This document shows, in pieces, positions 26,509 to 34,764 of a DNA stretch of 35,746 nt (positions are counted from its first letter, which is position 1; every line of letters begins with the position of its first letter). The position numbers were made by a program, and so were the translations under genes. The stretch covers positions 1 to 35,746 of the forward strand of contig CAUZOU010000002.1 in NCBI GenBank assembly GCA_963581795.1, given 5' to 3'. Under the pieces are notes generated by a model that worked only from the letters and a program-made list of their open reading frames with translations, ran no database searches and was not told the origin of the DNA. Origin of the DNA: Dehalococcoidia bacterium (GTDB lineage: Bacteria > Chloroflexota > Dehalococcoidia > Lucifugimonadales > UBA2985).

Positions 26509-28143
26509 ATGACAGAGCAAAGTCCGCAGGGAAGGTATCTCGGAAATGTCGTTGGAGGATCTCTCAATCGAGGGATTGAGGTCAGGCTTGACCCGCAGGC
26601 TCCTGTGGAGGAGATGGCCCTTGGTCAGCACGTCGTGATCCAAGGACAGAGCCGACGCTTCTTCGGCATAATCACAGACATTGCACTAGAGACCTCGGAC
26701 GACTCCGTGAGGGCAAACCCGCCCGACCTGTCGAACCCGCTGGTCGCAAGGGTGGTCTCAAGCACCGCCGTATACGCCACACTCCAGGTGCTACCGATGC
26801 TGGCACTTGAGGGAACGCTCGCCCTTGTAGACGGCCCTCTGCCGGCCAAGACGGTGCCTCCGCACTTCGCACCGGTACACCTGGCATCCAAAGAGGATGT
26901 TGAGATGGTGTTCGGCAGAGAGGACGAGAGCCATTTCTGGGTTGGCACTCCACTTGACTTGGAAGAGCGCATCAACTTAGACCTTGAGGAGTTCGTGAAA
27001 CGGTCGAACGGGGTCTTCGGCAAGAGCGGCACGGGCAAGACGTTCCTAACGCGGCTGCTGCTGGTCGGCATTTTACAGAAGAGCGCGGCGGTTAACCTGG
27101 TGTTCGACATGCAAAGCGAGTACGGCTGGATGGGTACATCGGAGGGCACAGGCACTGTCAAGGGGCTGAAGCAACTATTCCCATCGAAGGTAGCTGTGTT
27201 CTCCCTTGACGAGGAACATGGCCGCAGGCGCGGAGTCTCGGCTGACTACCTTGTGAAAATAGGGTACAACCAGATTGAGCCGGAGGATATCGAGATGCTG
27301 CGTGAGACGCTGAACCTGTCTGAGGTGGCAGCGGATGCCGCGTACACCGTGGCGGTGCACTTTGGACAGGATAAGTGGCTGAAGCAGTTCCTTGACCTTG
27401 GCAGCCAGACTCTTCAGGAGCTTGCCGGTACAATCGGAGTAAACGAGCGAGCGTTATCAACTCTGCACAACCGTCTGCGCAGGCTGAGTCGCTTCCATTT
27501 CGTCACGGACAGGGAGTCGGAGCAGTCGGTCGAGGAAATTCTGCGTTACCTGAACAGGGGCATCCACGTGGTGCTGGAGTTCGGGCGATACCAGAACGAG
27601 CTTGCAGCATACATCCTGGTCGCCAATCTCCTGACACGTCGCATACACAGCCGTTACGTAGCCCGCAAAGAAGAAGCGATGGGTGACTCTTCACAAGAGC
27701 CGCGGCCGCTGGTGATTACGATAGAGGAGGCGCACAGGTTCCTCAGCCCAGGGATTGCATCGCAGACAATCTTCGGGACGATTGCCCGTGAGATGCGGAA
27801 GTACAACGTGACGCTGCTGGTGGTAGACCAGCGGCCGAGCGGGATTGACGACGAGGTGATGAGTCAGCTTGGTACCAAGCTGTCCTGCCTGCTGGACAAC
27901 GAACGGGACGTTGAGGCGGTGATGTCAGGGGTGTCTGGCGCCAGGGAGCTACGGTCGGTGCTGAGCAAGCTGGACAGCAAGCAACAGTCGCTAATTTTCG
28001 GGCACTCGGTGCCGATGCCGATTGTGGTGAGGGTAAGAGACTACGGCACGAATGAGTCGTACAGGGAACTTGGTTTCCAGGAAGCATCGGAGTTGCGGCA
28101 GCAGATGGACCGAGACGCGGACGACCTTTTTGGGGGGCGTTAG
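26509..28143 (+). CDS. herA: HerA/FtsK-superfamily ATPase (HerA-type, DUF87-like) with N-terminal HAS-barrel
   Basis: 544 aa with Walker A GKSGTGKT, Walker B LVITIEEAHRF, the HerA-type block VTLLVVDQRPSGIDDEVMSQLGTKLSCLLDNERD, and an N-terminal barrel-like domain. Confidence 0.85.
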   Translation: MTEQSPQGRYLGNVVGGSLNRGIEVRLDPQAPVEEMALGQHVVIQGQSRRFFGIITDIALETSDDSVRANPPDLSNPLVARVVSSTAVYATLQVLPMLALEGTLALVDGPLPAKTVPPHFAPVHLASKEDVEMVFGREDESHFWVGTPLDLEERINLDLEEFVKRSNGVFGKSGTGKTFLTRLLLVGILQKSAAVNLVFDMQSEYGWMGTSEGTGTVKGLKQLFPSKVAVFSLDEEHGRRRGVSADYLVKIGYNQIEPEDIEMLRETLNLSEVAADAAYTVAVHFGQDKWLKQFLDLGSQTLQELAGTIGVNERALSTLHNRLRRLSRFHFVTDRESEQSVEEILRYLNRGIHVVLEFGRYQNELAAYILVANLLTRRIHSRYVARKEEAMGDSSQEPRPLVITIEEAHRFLSPGIASQTIFGTIAREMRKYNVTLLVVDQRPSGIDDEVMSQLGTKLSCLLDNERDVEAVMSGVSGARELRSVLSKLDSKQQSLIFGHSVPMPIVVRVRDYGTNESYRELGFQEASELRQQMDRDADDLFGGR

Positions 28144-28225
28144 GTTTTTTGCAAAGCACGCCCTGCACCCATGATTGAGGTTGGTGGGTAGTAGAGGTTG
28201 TGCTAGGGACACGGAGGCAAGCACT

Positions 28226-28402
28226 ATGAGCTGGAGCAAGGAGAACAAAGACGAGGCTCAGAAGGATATCCTTGGGCGGCCTCTCTGGTTCTCCGGAGGT
28301 GCAGTCGTCACAGGAGTGAGCTATGTGCTCGCTCACGGGAGGAATATCTCATCGCTTGTGAAGCAATCGTCTTTGGTGAGGATCAATTGCTCAGCTGACT
28401 GA
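28226..28402 (+). CDS. Hypothetical 58 aa ORF (possibly the first fragment of a decayed gene)
   Basis: GGAGG at 28213-28217 lies 8 nt before ATG 28226. It has a hydrophobic stretch (LWFSGGAVVTGVSYVLA). The stop codon lies inside a perfect 8 bp hairpin at 28387-28406. Confidence 0.3.
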   Translation: MSWSKENKDEAQKDILGRPLWFSGGAVVTGVSYVLAHGRNISSLVKQSSLVRINCSAD

Positions 28403-28406
28403 GCAA
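28387..28406 (+). other. Perfect 8 bp stem / 4 nt loop hairpin UUGCUCAG-CUGA-CUGAGCAA
   Basis: Read directly from the sequence. It encloses the TGA stop (28400-28402) of the 58 aa ORF. There is no U tract afterwards. Confidence 0.3.
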
Positions 28407-28428
28407 ACTGTATTCGGCCGTTGGTTGA

Positions 28429-28774
28429 AAGGGTTCTAAAGGAACTATCGTCACCACCTCTGCCATAGCGATAGTTCTAGTGGTGATTGGTGCCACGATT
28501 CTGAACAGAACTATCCAAGAGCGCGCAGATATACTCAAACAAGCAGAGGTTAACCTATCTCAATCGTGACATCAGCTCGTACGATATTACTCTAAGCCGA
28601 TTACAAGCAGAACTGTACTCCATCGAAGTTCGCTTTCCAAGCCTTGCCTTGACGGAGCCTGAATACTCCCAGTATAGCCTTAGCGTGGATGAATATAATT
28701 CAACAGTGGCTAACCGTAATGCTCAAGTAGATGATTATGAACGTCTCTGCACTACTACTCGCCTCATACAGTAG
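28429..28774 (+). pseudogene. Frameshifted remnant of a membrane-anchored coiled-coil-like protein
   Basis: Frame 1 reads ..GTIVTTSAIAIVLVVIGATILNRTIQERADILKQAEVNLSQS and ends at TGA 28566-28568. The neighbouring frame continues plausibly as NRDISSYDITLSRLQAELYSIEVRFPSLALTEPEYSQYSLSVDEYNSTVANRNAQVDDYERLCTTTRLIQ, to TAG 28772-28774. No canonical start codon precedes either part. A 1 nt indel near 28555-28565 would join the two. Confidence 0.3.
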
Positions 28775-29012
28775 CACGACGCACTACGTTGAGAAGTGGA
28801 GTAACGTAACGCCCAGGATTCCTCGCTACACTCGGAATGACAGATGATACGGCATGCTCTCCCCTATCGTCATGCCTTAAAAATATACAAAAGAATTCCA
28901 TACGTGGTGGTGGTGTGCTAGGATGTGGGTCGGCAAACTGCAGGGTTAAACTCATGAAAAAGAGGTAACACCCCTGAACACTAAGGCCTATATACACGCT
29001 GAATTAGACGGA

Positions 29013-29276
29013 TTGCTTCTCCCCTGGAACGGCGTATCGACACGCCCCATGTTCGGGGGTCGCGGGTATTTTGTCAGAGACAGACTTTTTGCCGCCTACT
29101 ACGGTGACATCGCTACCAAGCTTCCCGACCAGGACTGGAAGGAAGTAGCGGACAGTCAGATTGCCCCGCCCTTCATGCCTGTACCCGGACGCTGCTTCGG
29201 CAACTGGGTGAGGTTTCCGCTGGAAAGCGCCGATGAGGTCGAGGCCGTTCTCCCATGGCTACGAAAGGCCTTTTAG
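29013..29276 (+). CDS. TfoX N-terminal-domain-like small protein (possibly 5'-truncated)
   Basis: The RPMFGGRGYFVRDRLFAAYYGD block is typical of the TfoX_N fold. The family-like sequence (TPLNTKAYIHAELDGLL) continues upstream of the TTG start to the in-frame stop at 28947-28949, with no canonical start codon. Confidence 0.45.
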   Translation: MLLPWNGVSTRPMFGGRGYFVRDRLFAAYYGDIATKLPDQDWKEVADSQIAPPFMPVPGRCFGNWVRFPLESADEVEAVLPWLRKAF

Positions 29277-29311
29277 TACGTGCACATTACGCCTCCCAAG
29301 GATCGAAAACG

Positions 29312-30586
29312 GTGAAGATACTCGTTGTCGGAAACGGGGCGCGGGAGCATGCCATCGCCTGGAAATTGAGCCAGAGCCCGCTGGTCGATGAACTTTTCGT
29401 TGCACCGGGAAACGCGGGTACGGCGGCCATTGCAACCAACATCGCAGTAACGGCCTCGGACATCGAGGGACAGGTCAAGACGGCACGCGAGCATGGGGTG
29501 GACCTGACGGTGGTGGGGCCGGAAGGCCCGTTGGCAGCGGGCATCGTGGACGTTTTTGAAAAGCAGAAGCTGGCCGTCTTCGGCCCCAACATGAATGCGG
29601 CCCGCATCGAAAGCAGTAAGGTCTTCGCAAAAGAGTTAATGAATAAATACGGCATTCCAACGGGAGAGTACGAGATATTCGACTCCTACGACGAGGCGTG
29701 CAGATACGTGAAATCGCACGCCTATCCCCTGGTGATAAAAGCCGATGGCCTTGCCGCAGGCAAGGGTGTGACGGTGGCGCAGACGGAGGAGGAGGCTGTA
29801 AAGGGGCTACATGAATGCCTGGTGCAGCGTGTTTTCGGCACATCGGGAGACCATGTGCTGGTGGAGGAGTGCCTAGTGGGGCCGGAGGTCAGCGTGTTCG
29901 CTTTCACAGACGGACAGGCGATGTCGCCGATGGTGGCCGCGTGCGACTACAAGCGCGCCTTCGATGGCGACGAGGGACCGAACACCGGCGGCATGGGTAG
30001 CTACAGCCCTCCCCCGTTCTGGACAGCCGCACTGGAACGAGAAGTTTATGAGAAGATCATGGAGCCAACGGTGCGAGCGATGGCACAAGAGGGATGCCCT
30101 TATAGTGGAGTGCTTTACGGCGGTCTGATTTTGACGAATGAAGGGCCAAAAGTGATTGAATTCAACAGCCGTCTGGGGGATCCAGAGACCCAGGTGATTC
30201 TGCCCCGCCTGAAGACAGACCTGGTGGAAATACTGCTAGCCGTAGCTGACGGCAAGCTAAACGAAACATCAATTGCATGGGATACCGAAGCCTGCGTGGG
30301 TGTGGCAATGGCCTCAGGCGGCTACCCCGGCAGCTACGAAACTGGGCTTCCAATATCTGGTCTTGCACAAGCCGAGGCCCCTGGTCTGGTATTCCACGCC
30401 GGGACCCGTCATCAGCAGGGAGAAGAGTCGTCGACCCTCACCGACGGAGGCCGTGTGCTAACGGTGGTTGGGAAGGGGTTTAACATGAAGGAAGCCAGGA
30501 AACAGGCGTACGAAGGTATTGCCAGGATCCACTTTGAAGGTGGCTTCTATAGAAGCGACATTGCTGCAGGTATAGAGAATCGCTAA
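29312..30586 (+). CDS. purD: Phosphoribosylamine--glycine ligase
   Basis: ATP-grasp enzyme. The N-terminus is VKILVVGNGAREHAIAWKL, so the start is set at GTG 29312. The track ORF starts at 29255. GPNTGGMGSYSP and EFNSRLGDPE blocks are present. Confidence 0.92.
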   Translation: MKILVVGNGAREHAIAWKLSQSPLVDELFVAPGNAGTAAIATNIAVTASDIEGQVKTAREHGVDLTVVGPEGPLAAGIVDVFEKQKLAVFGPNMNAARIESSKVFAKELMNKYGIPTGEYEIFDSYDEACRYVKSHAYPLVIKADGLAAGKGVTVAQTEEEAVKGLHECLVQRVFGTSGDHVLVEECLVGPEVSVFAFTDGQAMSPMVAACDYKRAFDGDEGPNTGGMGSYSPPPFWTAALEREVYEKIMEPTVRAMAQEGCPYSGVLYGGLILTNEGPKVIEFNSRLGDPETQVILPRLKTDLVEILLAVADGKLNETSIAWDTEACVGVAMASGGYPGSYETGLPISGLAQAEAPGLVFHAGTRHQQGEESSTLTDGGRVLTVVGKGFNMKEARKQAYEGIARIHFEGGFYRSDIAAGIENR

Positions 30587-30664
30587 CTTCAGGCTCATAT
30601 AGTTCGACAAGCATATCCTGAGCGAAGCCGAAGGGTTTACGATAAGCGAGTAATCAGGAGGAAA

Positions 30665-31126
30665 ATGATGCCATTGGTAGGCGTAGTTGTAGGTAGCAGG
30701 TCAGACGAGTCCGCGATGCAGGATACACTGAAGGTGCTGGATGAGTTGGGGGTGTCGCAGGAGTTCTCGGTCATATCGGCGCACCGCACCCCGGATAAAG
30801 CGCGCGAGTACGCCAAGGGCGCATCGGAGCGAGGGATTGAGGTGATAATAGCGGCGGCCGGAGGCGCGGCGGCCCTGCCAGGTGTTATGGCATCGTGGAC
30901 CACCCTGCCAGTCATAGGCGTGCCGCTGACATCGAGCGAGATGAACGGAATGGATGCACTGCATGCCATCGTCCAGATGCCGCCCGGAGTGCCCGTGGCC
31001 TGCATGGCAATAGGCTCCTGGGGTGCACGAAACGCCGCTTATATGGCCGCAGCCATCCTGGCGCTGAAGCACAACGACATAAGAAAGACATACGAGGAGT
31101 ACAGGGAACGTCTGGCCTCAGGATAG
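30665..31126 (+). CDS. purE: 5-(carboxyamino)imidazole ribonucleotide mutase
   Basis: 153 aa with VGVVVGSRSD, SAHRTP and AAGGAAALPGV blocks. AGGAGG lies at 30656-30661. Confidence 0.93.
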   Translation: MMPLVGVVVGSRSDESAMQDTLKVLDELGVSQEFSVISAHRTPDKAREYAKGASERGIEVIIAAAGGAAALPGVMASWTTLPVIGVPLTSSEMNGMDALHAIVQMPPGVPVACMAIGSWGARNAAYMAAAILALKHNDIRKTYEEYRERLASG

Positions 31127-31172
31127 GCAGGCAGTAGGGTGTCCTACAATACCAATAAATTTTGTGTATTTC

Positions 31173-31192
31173 GTAAATTTCGCGAAATTTAC
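31173..31192. promoter_or_regulatory. Perfect 20 bp palindrome GTAAATTTCGCGAAATTTAC (candidate dimeric repressor operator)
   Basis: Read directly from the sequence. It lies in the purE-lipoprotein spacer, 34 nt upstream of ATG 31226, inside an AT-rich patch. Confidence 0.4.
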
Positions 31193-31225
31193 ACAACATT
31201 CCCAAAGCCGGAAAACGTAAGCTAG

Positions 31226-31756
31226 ATGAGAACACTGAACATTTGGCGGTATGTGGTCATGGCGTTGTCGCTATTGCTAAGCGCATGCGGCATATCATCC
31301 TCTCCAGAAGACACAGTGAATTTGTATTTGTCTGAGGCTGGTCAGCAAGGGACAGAGGCGGCCATTCTGCTATGGGAGCTTACCGAGATGGGAACGGAGT
31401 CCTTCACCCTCGACGAGGAACAGCAGAAGATAAGGATGGACGGACGGCGGACACTGGCCATCGAACTAACTGGTGCGCTGGTCATCACAGGATCGCGCCT
31501 CACATGGGAACGAGAGAGAACGTCCTACTACACCCTGAGGGCAGGTGTACCGCTAATGACGGACAGTCACAAAGAAGCCAATCTGGCCACAATTGAGATG
31601 CGCATCGTAATCGAAAACGGCGAGGAATCCCCACTGGAAGAGCGTTTAGCCTTCAACCTTTGGGCGCACCCTATCGACGGCTGGAGAATTACGGGACTGG
31701 ACAAAAGCTTAATGGCGTTGGAGCCGTTTCTGGATGGTGCCAGGCAATCCAAGTAG
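31226..31756 (+). CDS. Hypothetical lipoprotein
   Basis: 176 aa with a signal peptide and lipobox (ALSLLLSAC-G). No family was recognised. It is inserted between purE and purB. Confidence 0.55.
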   Translation: MRTLNIWRYVVMALSLLLSACGISSSPEDTVNLYLSEAGQQGTEAAILLWELTEMGTESFTLDEEQQKIRMDGRRTLAIELTGALVITGSRLTWERERTSYYTLRAGVPLMTDSHKEANLATIEMRIVIENGEESPLEERLAFNLWAHPIDGWRITGLDKSLMALEPFLDGARQSK

Positions 31757-31878
31757 CCTGGCACAGCCCTGCACGCATAAGTTCAAAAGACTCTCGGTCA
31801 ATACTCTTGTTTAGAAATAGCAAGACAAGGTATGATTCTCTATGAGGTTATTAAAGTATTTTTTTCCCGAGGTGAAGG

Positions 31879-33177
31879 GTGATAGATAGGTACGCACGGC
31901 CAGCCATGAAACTGGTGTGGTCGGAAGACAACAAAAACGATAAGTGGCTTCAGGTGGAATTGGCCGTCTGTGAGGCCTGGACTGAGGAAGGCATCATTCC
32001 CCAGGAGGATATGGTCAAACTCCGGGGAGCACGCTACGACGCAGCTCGAATGAAAGAGGTCTTCGAACGTACGCGCCACGACATGACTGCATTCCTGCAG
32101 TCGGTGACGGCAGGACTTGGAGAAGAAGGCCGTTGGCTACACATGGGCCTGACTTCGCACGATGTCCAGGACACGGCCCAGAGCCTGCAACTAGTACAGG
32201 CATGCGATCTCCTCTTGGAAGACATAGACCGCCTCGTGGCTGCAATCAAGAAGCGCGCCATTGAGCACAAGAACACTCCCATGATGGGACGTACCCACGG
32301 TGTGCATGCCGAGCCAACCACATTTGGCCTGAAACTGGCCCTTTGGTGGGACGAGATGGGGCGCAACCGACACCGCCTTGAGGAAGCCAGAAAATCGATC
32401 GCCGTCGGGAAAATCTCCGGCGTGGTGGGCACCTACGCCACAGTCCCGCCTCAGATAGAGGAGCGGGTGTGCGCACAGTTCGGGATATCCCCTGCCCCCG
32501 TTTCCAACCAGGTGGTGCAACGAGATCGTCACGCTCAGTTTGTCACCACCCTTGCGATAATAGCAGCTTCTCTGGAGAAGTTCGCCACTGAGGTAAGGGG
32601 ACTTCAACGCACAGAGGTGCGTGAGGTCGAAGAACCCTTCGGCCAGGGCCAGACCGGGTCTTCGGCGATGCCGCACAAGAAGAACCCCGAACTTTCAGAG
32701 CGAGTGTGCGGTCTGGCCCGCCTCATACGCGGACATTCGGTAACAGCACTTGAGAACGTTGCCCTATGGCACGAAAGGGACATAAGCCACTCCTCAGCGG
32801 AGCGTCTCATTCTCCCAGACTCCTGCATGGCACTGGACTACATTCTGGGCATTTTCACAGGCGTAGTGGACGGCTTGAGGGTGTATCCACAGAGGATGTG
32901 GAGCAACATTGAGTTGACCAAGGGACTTGTCTTCTCGCAGAGGGTACTGATAGCGTTGCTGGAGAGCGGGCTGAGCCGTGAGAAATCGTACGAGATTGTC
33001 CAGGTATGCGCCATGAGGTCATGGGAAGAGTCCGCTGACTTCCGTCAGCTTCTTCGAGAACAGCCGGAGGTCACGGAACGACTGCCGGGAGACGCCCTGG
33101 AATCCATCTTCGACTACGATTTCTATATGCAGTACGTAGAGTACTCTTTCCTAAGGCTAGGGCTAGAGGGAGTTTAA
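31879..33177 (+). CDS. purB: Adenylosuccinate lyase
   Basis: 432 aa. It starts MIDRYARPAMKLVWSE (GTG) and has the fumarate-lyase signature GSSAMPHKKNP. Confidence 0.93.
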   Translation: MIDRYARPAMKLVWSEDNKNDKWLQVELAVCEAWTEEGIIPQEDMVKLRGARYDAARMKEVFERTRHDMTAFLQSVTAGLGEEGRWLHMGLTSHDVQDTAQSLQLVQACDLLLEDIDRLVAAIKKRAIEHKNTPMMGRTHGVHAEPTTFGLKLALWWDEMGRNRHRLEEARKSIAVGKISGVVGTYATVPPQIEERVCAQFGISPAPVSNQVVQRDRHAQFVTTLAIIAASLEKFATEVRGLQRTEVREVEEPFGQGQTGSSAMPHKKNPELSERVCGLARLIRGHSVTALENVALWHERDISHSSAERLILPDSCMALDYILGIFTGVVDGLRVYPQRMWSNIELTKGLVFSQRVLIALLESGLSREKSYEIVQVCAMRSWEESADFRQLLREQPEVTERLPGDALESIFDYDFYMQYVEYSFLRLGLEGV

Positions 33178-33181
33178 ATTG

Positions 33182-34132
33182 ATGTCGCACTCTTACCTTG
33201 AACCGATCGCCGAGACCAACCTACCGAACCTTCTGCACCGCGGTAAGGTGAGAGACACATACGACCTTGGCGGCGGCTACCTGCTGATGGTAGCCACGGA
33301 CCGCACCTCCGCCTTCGACGTTGTGCTTCCAACAGCCATACCGCAGAAGGGGCTTGTGCTGTCACGTCTCTCAGCCTACTGGTTTGATAAGACAAGCCAG
33401 GTTGTCCCCAATCACCTTGTGGCACTGGCGGACGATGCGGAGCAATTGGCAAAACTAACGGAGTTGAAAGACAATCCCCTGCTGACTGGCCTTTCGCCTG
33501 AGGTGGCATCGCGGGCTATGGTGGTGAGGAGGGCAGAGCGCATTGATATAGAGTGCGTAGTACGCGGATACATCACAGGCTCAGCATGGGCTGAATATCA
33601 GGCCAGCGGTACCGTTGGCGGAGACGATATGCCATCTGGCATGAAGGAGGGCGACCCCTTCCCCAAAACGCTGTTCACTCCCACCACGAAGGCCGAGACC
33701 GGCCACGATATGCCCATGAGCCTTCAAGATGTACAGGATATGGTGGGGGAAGAGATGACTTTGAAACTGGAGCGTATCAGCCGTCAGGTGTATGAGTTCG
33801 CCCGTGACGACGCCAAGGCCAAGGGGATAATCATTGCCGATACGAAGATGGAGTTCGGAACAATAGACTCAGAGCTAATTCTGATAGACGAACTTCTTAC
33901 GCCTGATTCGAGCCGTTTCTGGGACGCATCACTCTATGAGCCAGGCAAGTCCCAACCCAATTTCGATAAGCAGTACGTGCGGGACTGGCTCATAGCCAGT
34001 GGATGGGACAGAGAACCGCCTGCGCCTGACCTGCCAGAAGAGGTTGTGAGCAAAACACGGACACGGTATATACAAGCGTACGAGCGCATTACCAGACAGA
34101 CGTGGACAAACCCTGTGGAGAAAGAGGACTGA
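33182..34132 (+). CDS. purC: Phosphoribosylaminoimidazole-succinocarboxamide synthase (long form)
   Basis: It has GKVRD.Y, ATDR.SAFD, ADTKMEFG and DE.LTPDSSRFW blocks. The ATG at 33182 follows a TTG at 33179. Confidence 0.9.
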   Translation: MSHSYLEPIAETNLPNLLHRGKVRDTYDLGGGYLLMVATDRTSAFDVVLPTAIPQKGLVLSRLSAYWFDKTSQVVPNHLVALADDAEQLAKLTELKDNPLLTGLSPEVASRAMVVRRAERIDIECVVRGYITGSAWAEYQASGTVGGDDMPSGMKEGDPFPKTLFTPTTKAETGHDMPMSLQDVQDMVGEEMTLKLERISRQVYEFARDDAKAKGIIIADTKMEFGTIDSELILIDELLTPDSSRFWDASLYEPGKSQPNFDKQYVRDWLIASGWDREPPAPDLPEEVVSKTRTRYIQAYERITRQTWTNPVEKED

Positions 34133-34755
34133 TGGCAGCCAGAGAACGAGAGCGGAGACGGAGAGCACACAACAAGGCGGAGAGCAGGAAGGTGCGTCGT
34201 ATAAAGCATCACTCGCGCCGTCGAATTCGTCGGACCATATTTGGGAGCATCGCGGGGCTTGGAGCCGTGTTGATGGTGCTCTCACTTGTACTGCCGAACT
34301 CGCTTGGGCAGGTCGGAGGTAACGCAATCTCTTCAGCGCAGGGAGTCCAAGTAACGGTTCAGGAAAATAAAGTGGTTGAGGCAGAGCAACTCCATGAGGC
34401 CTATAACACCTCTCCGCCCACATCCGGGTGGCACTACGATATACCACTTGAAGATATCGTCTGGGGAGCCATAGATGAGACAGCGGAGAACGAGGCACAG
34501 GTATCCTACCTAGAGCGCGGTGGCATTATGGTGCAGTACAACTGCCCAGAAGGATGCCCGGGACTGCAACAGCAACTGGAACAGGTGATAAACCGCTACC
34601 CGGAGGGCGTTATTCTGTCCCCGTATTCGGATATGGACTCCACCATAGCCTTGACCTCATGGGGCTGGATAGACACCTTTGAGGATTTTGACGACCCCAG
34701 AATCGATGATTTCATACAAGCGCACATTGGCCGTGGACCATCCAGCTTCCGTTAG
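34132..34755 (+). CDS. DUF3105-like membrane protein with polybasic N-terminal tail
   Basis: The start ATG 34132 overlaps the purC stop (TGATG). The tail is MAARERERRRRAHNKAESRKVRRIKHHSRRRIRR, followed by the TM segment IFGSIAGLGAVLMVLSLVL. The PPTSGWHY and YLERGGIMVQYNCPEGCP blocks recall the DUF3105 family. Confidence 0.65.
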   Translation: MAARERERRRRAHNKAESRKVRRIKHHSRRRIRRTIFGSIAGLGAVLMVLSLVLPNSLGQVGGNAISSAQGVQVTVQENKVVEAEQLHEAYNTSPPTSGWHYDIPLEDIVWGAIDETAENEAQVSYLERGGIMVQYNCPEGCPGLQQQLEQVINRYPEGVILSPYSDMDSTIALTSWGWIDTFEDFDDPRIDDFIQAHIGRGPSSFR

Positions 34756-34764
34756 GAATCACGA

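Noticed and set aside
28388-28410. In-frame TGA at 28400 in a C-S-A-D-TGA-A-N-C context (UxxC-like). It is tempting as a selenocysteine codon given selB 4 kb upstream.
   Set aside because: The read-through frame closes after 21 codons with non-protein-like sequence. The hairpin encloses the TGA instead of lying downstream, as in bacterial SECIS elements. Several other frame breaks in the surrounding region indicate decay.
28764-28997. 77 aa minus-strand ORF containing the VIPSVARNPG-type peptide, and a 43 aa Cys-rich plus-strand ORF at 28837-28968 (MTDDTACSPLSSCLKNIQKNSIRGGGVLGCGSANCRVKLMKKR).
   Set aside because: Neither has a ribosome-binding site or a recognisable family. They overlap each other in a region that looks degenerate. 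The Cys-rich peptide is too weakly supported to call a RiPP precursor without neighbouring maturation genes.
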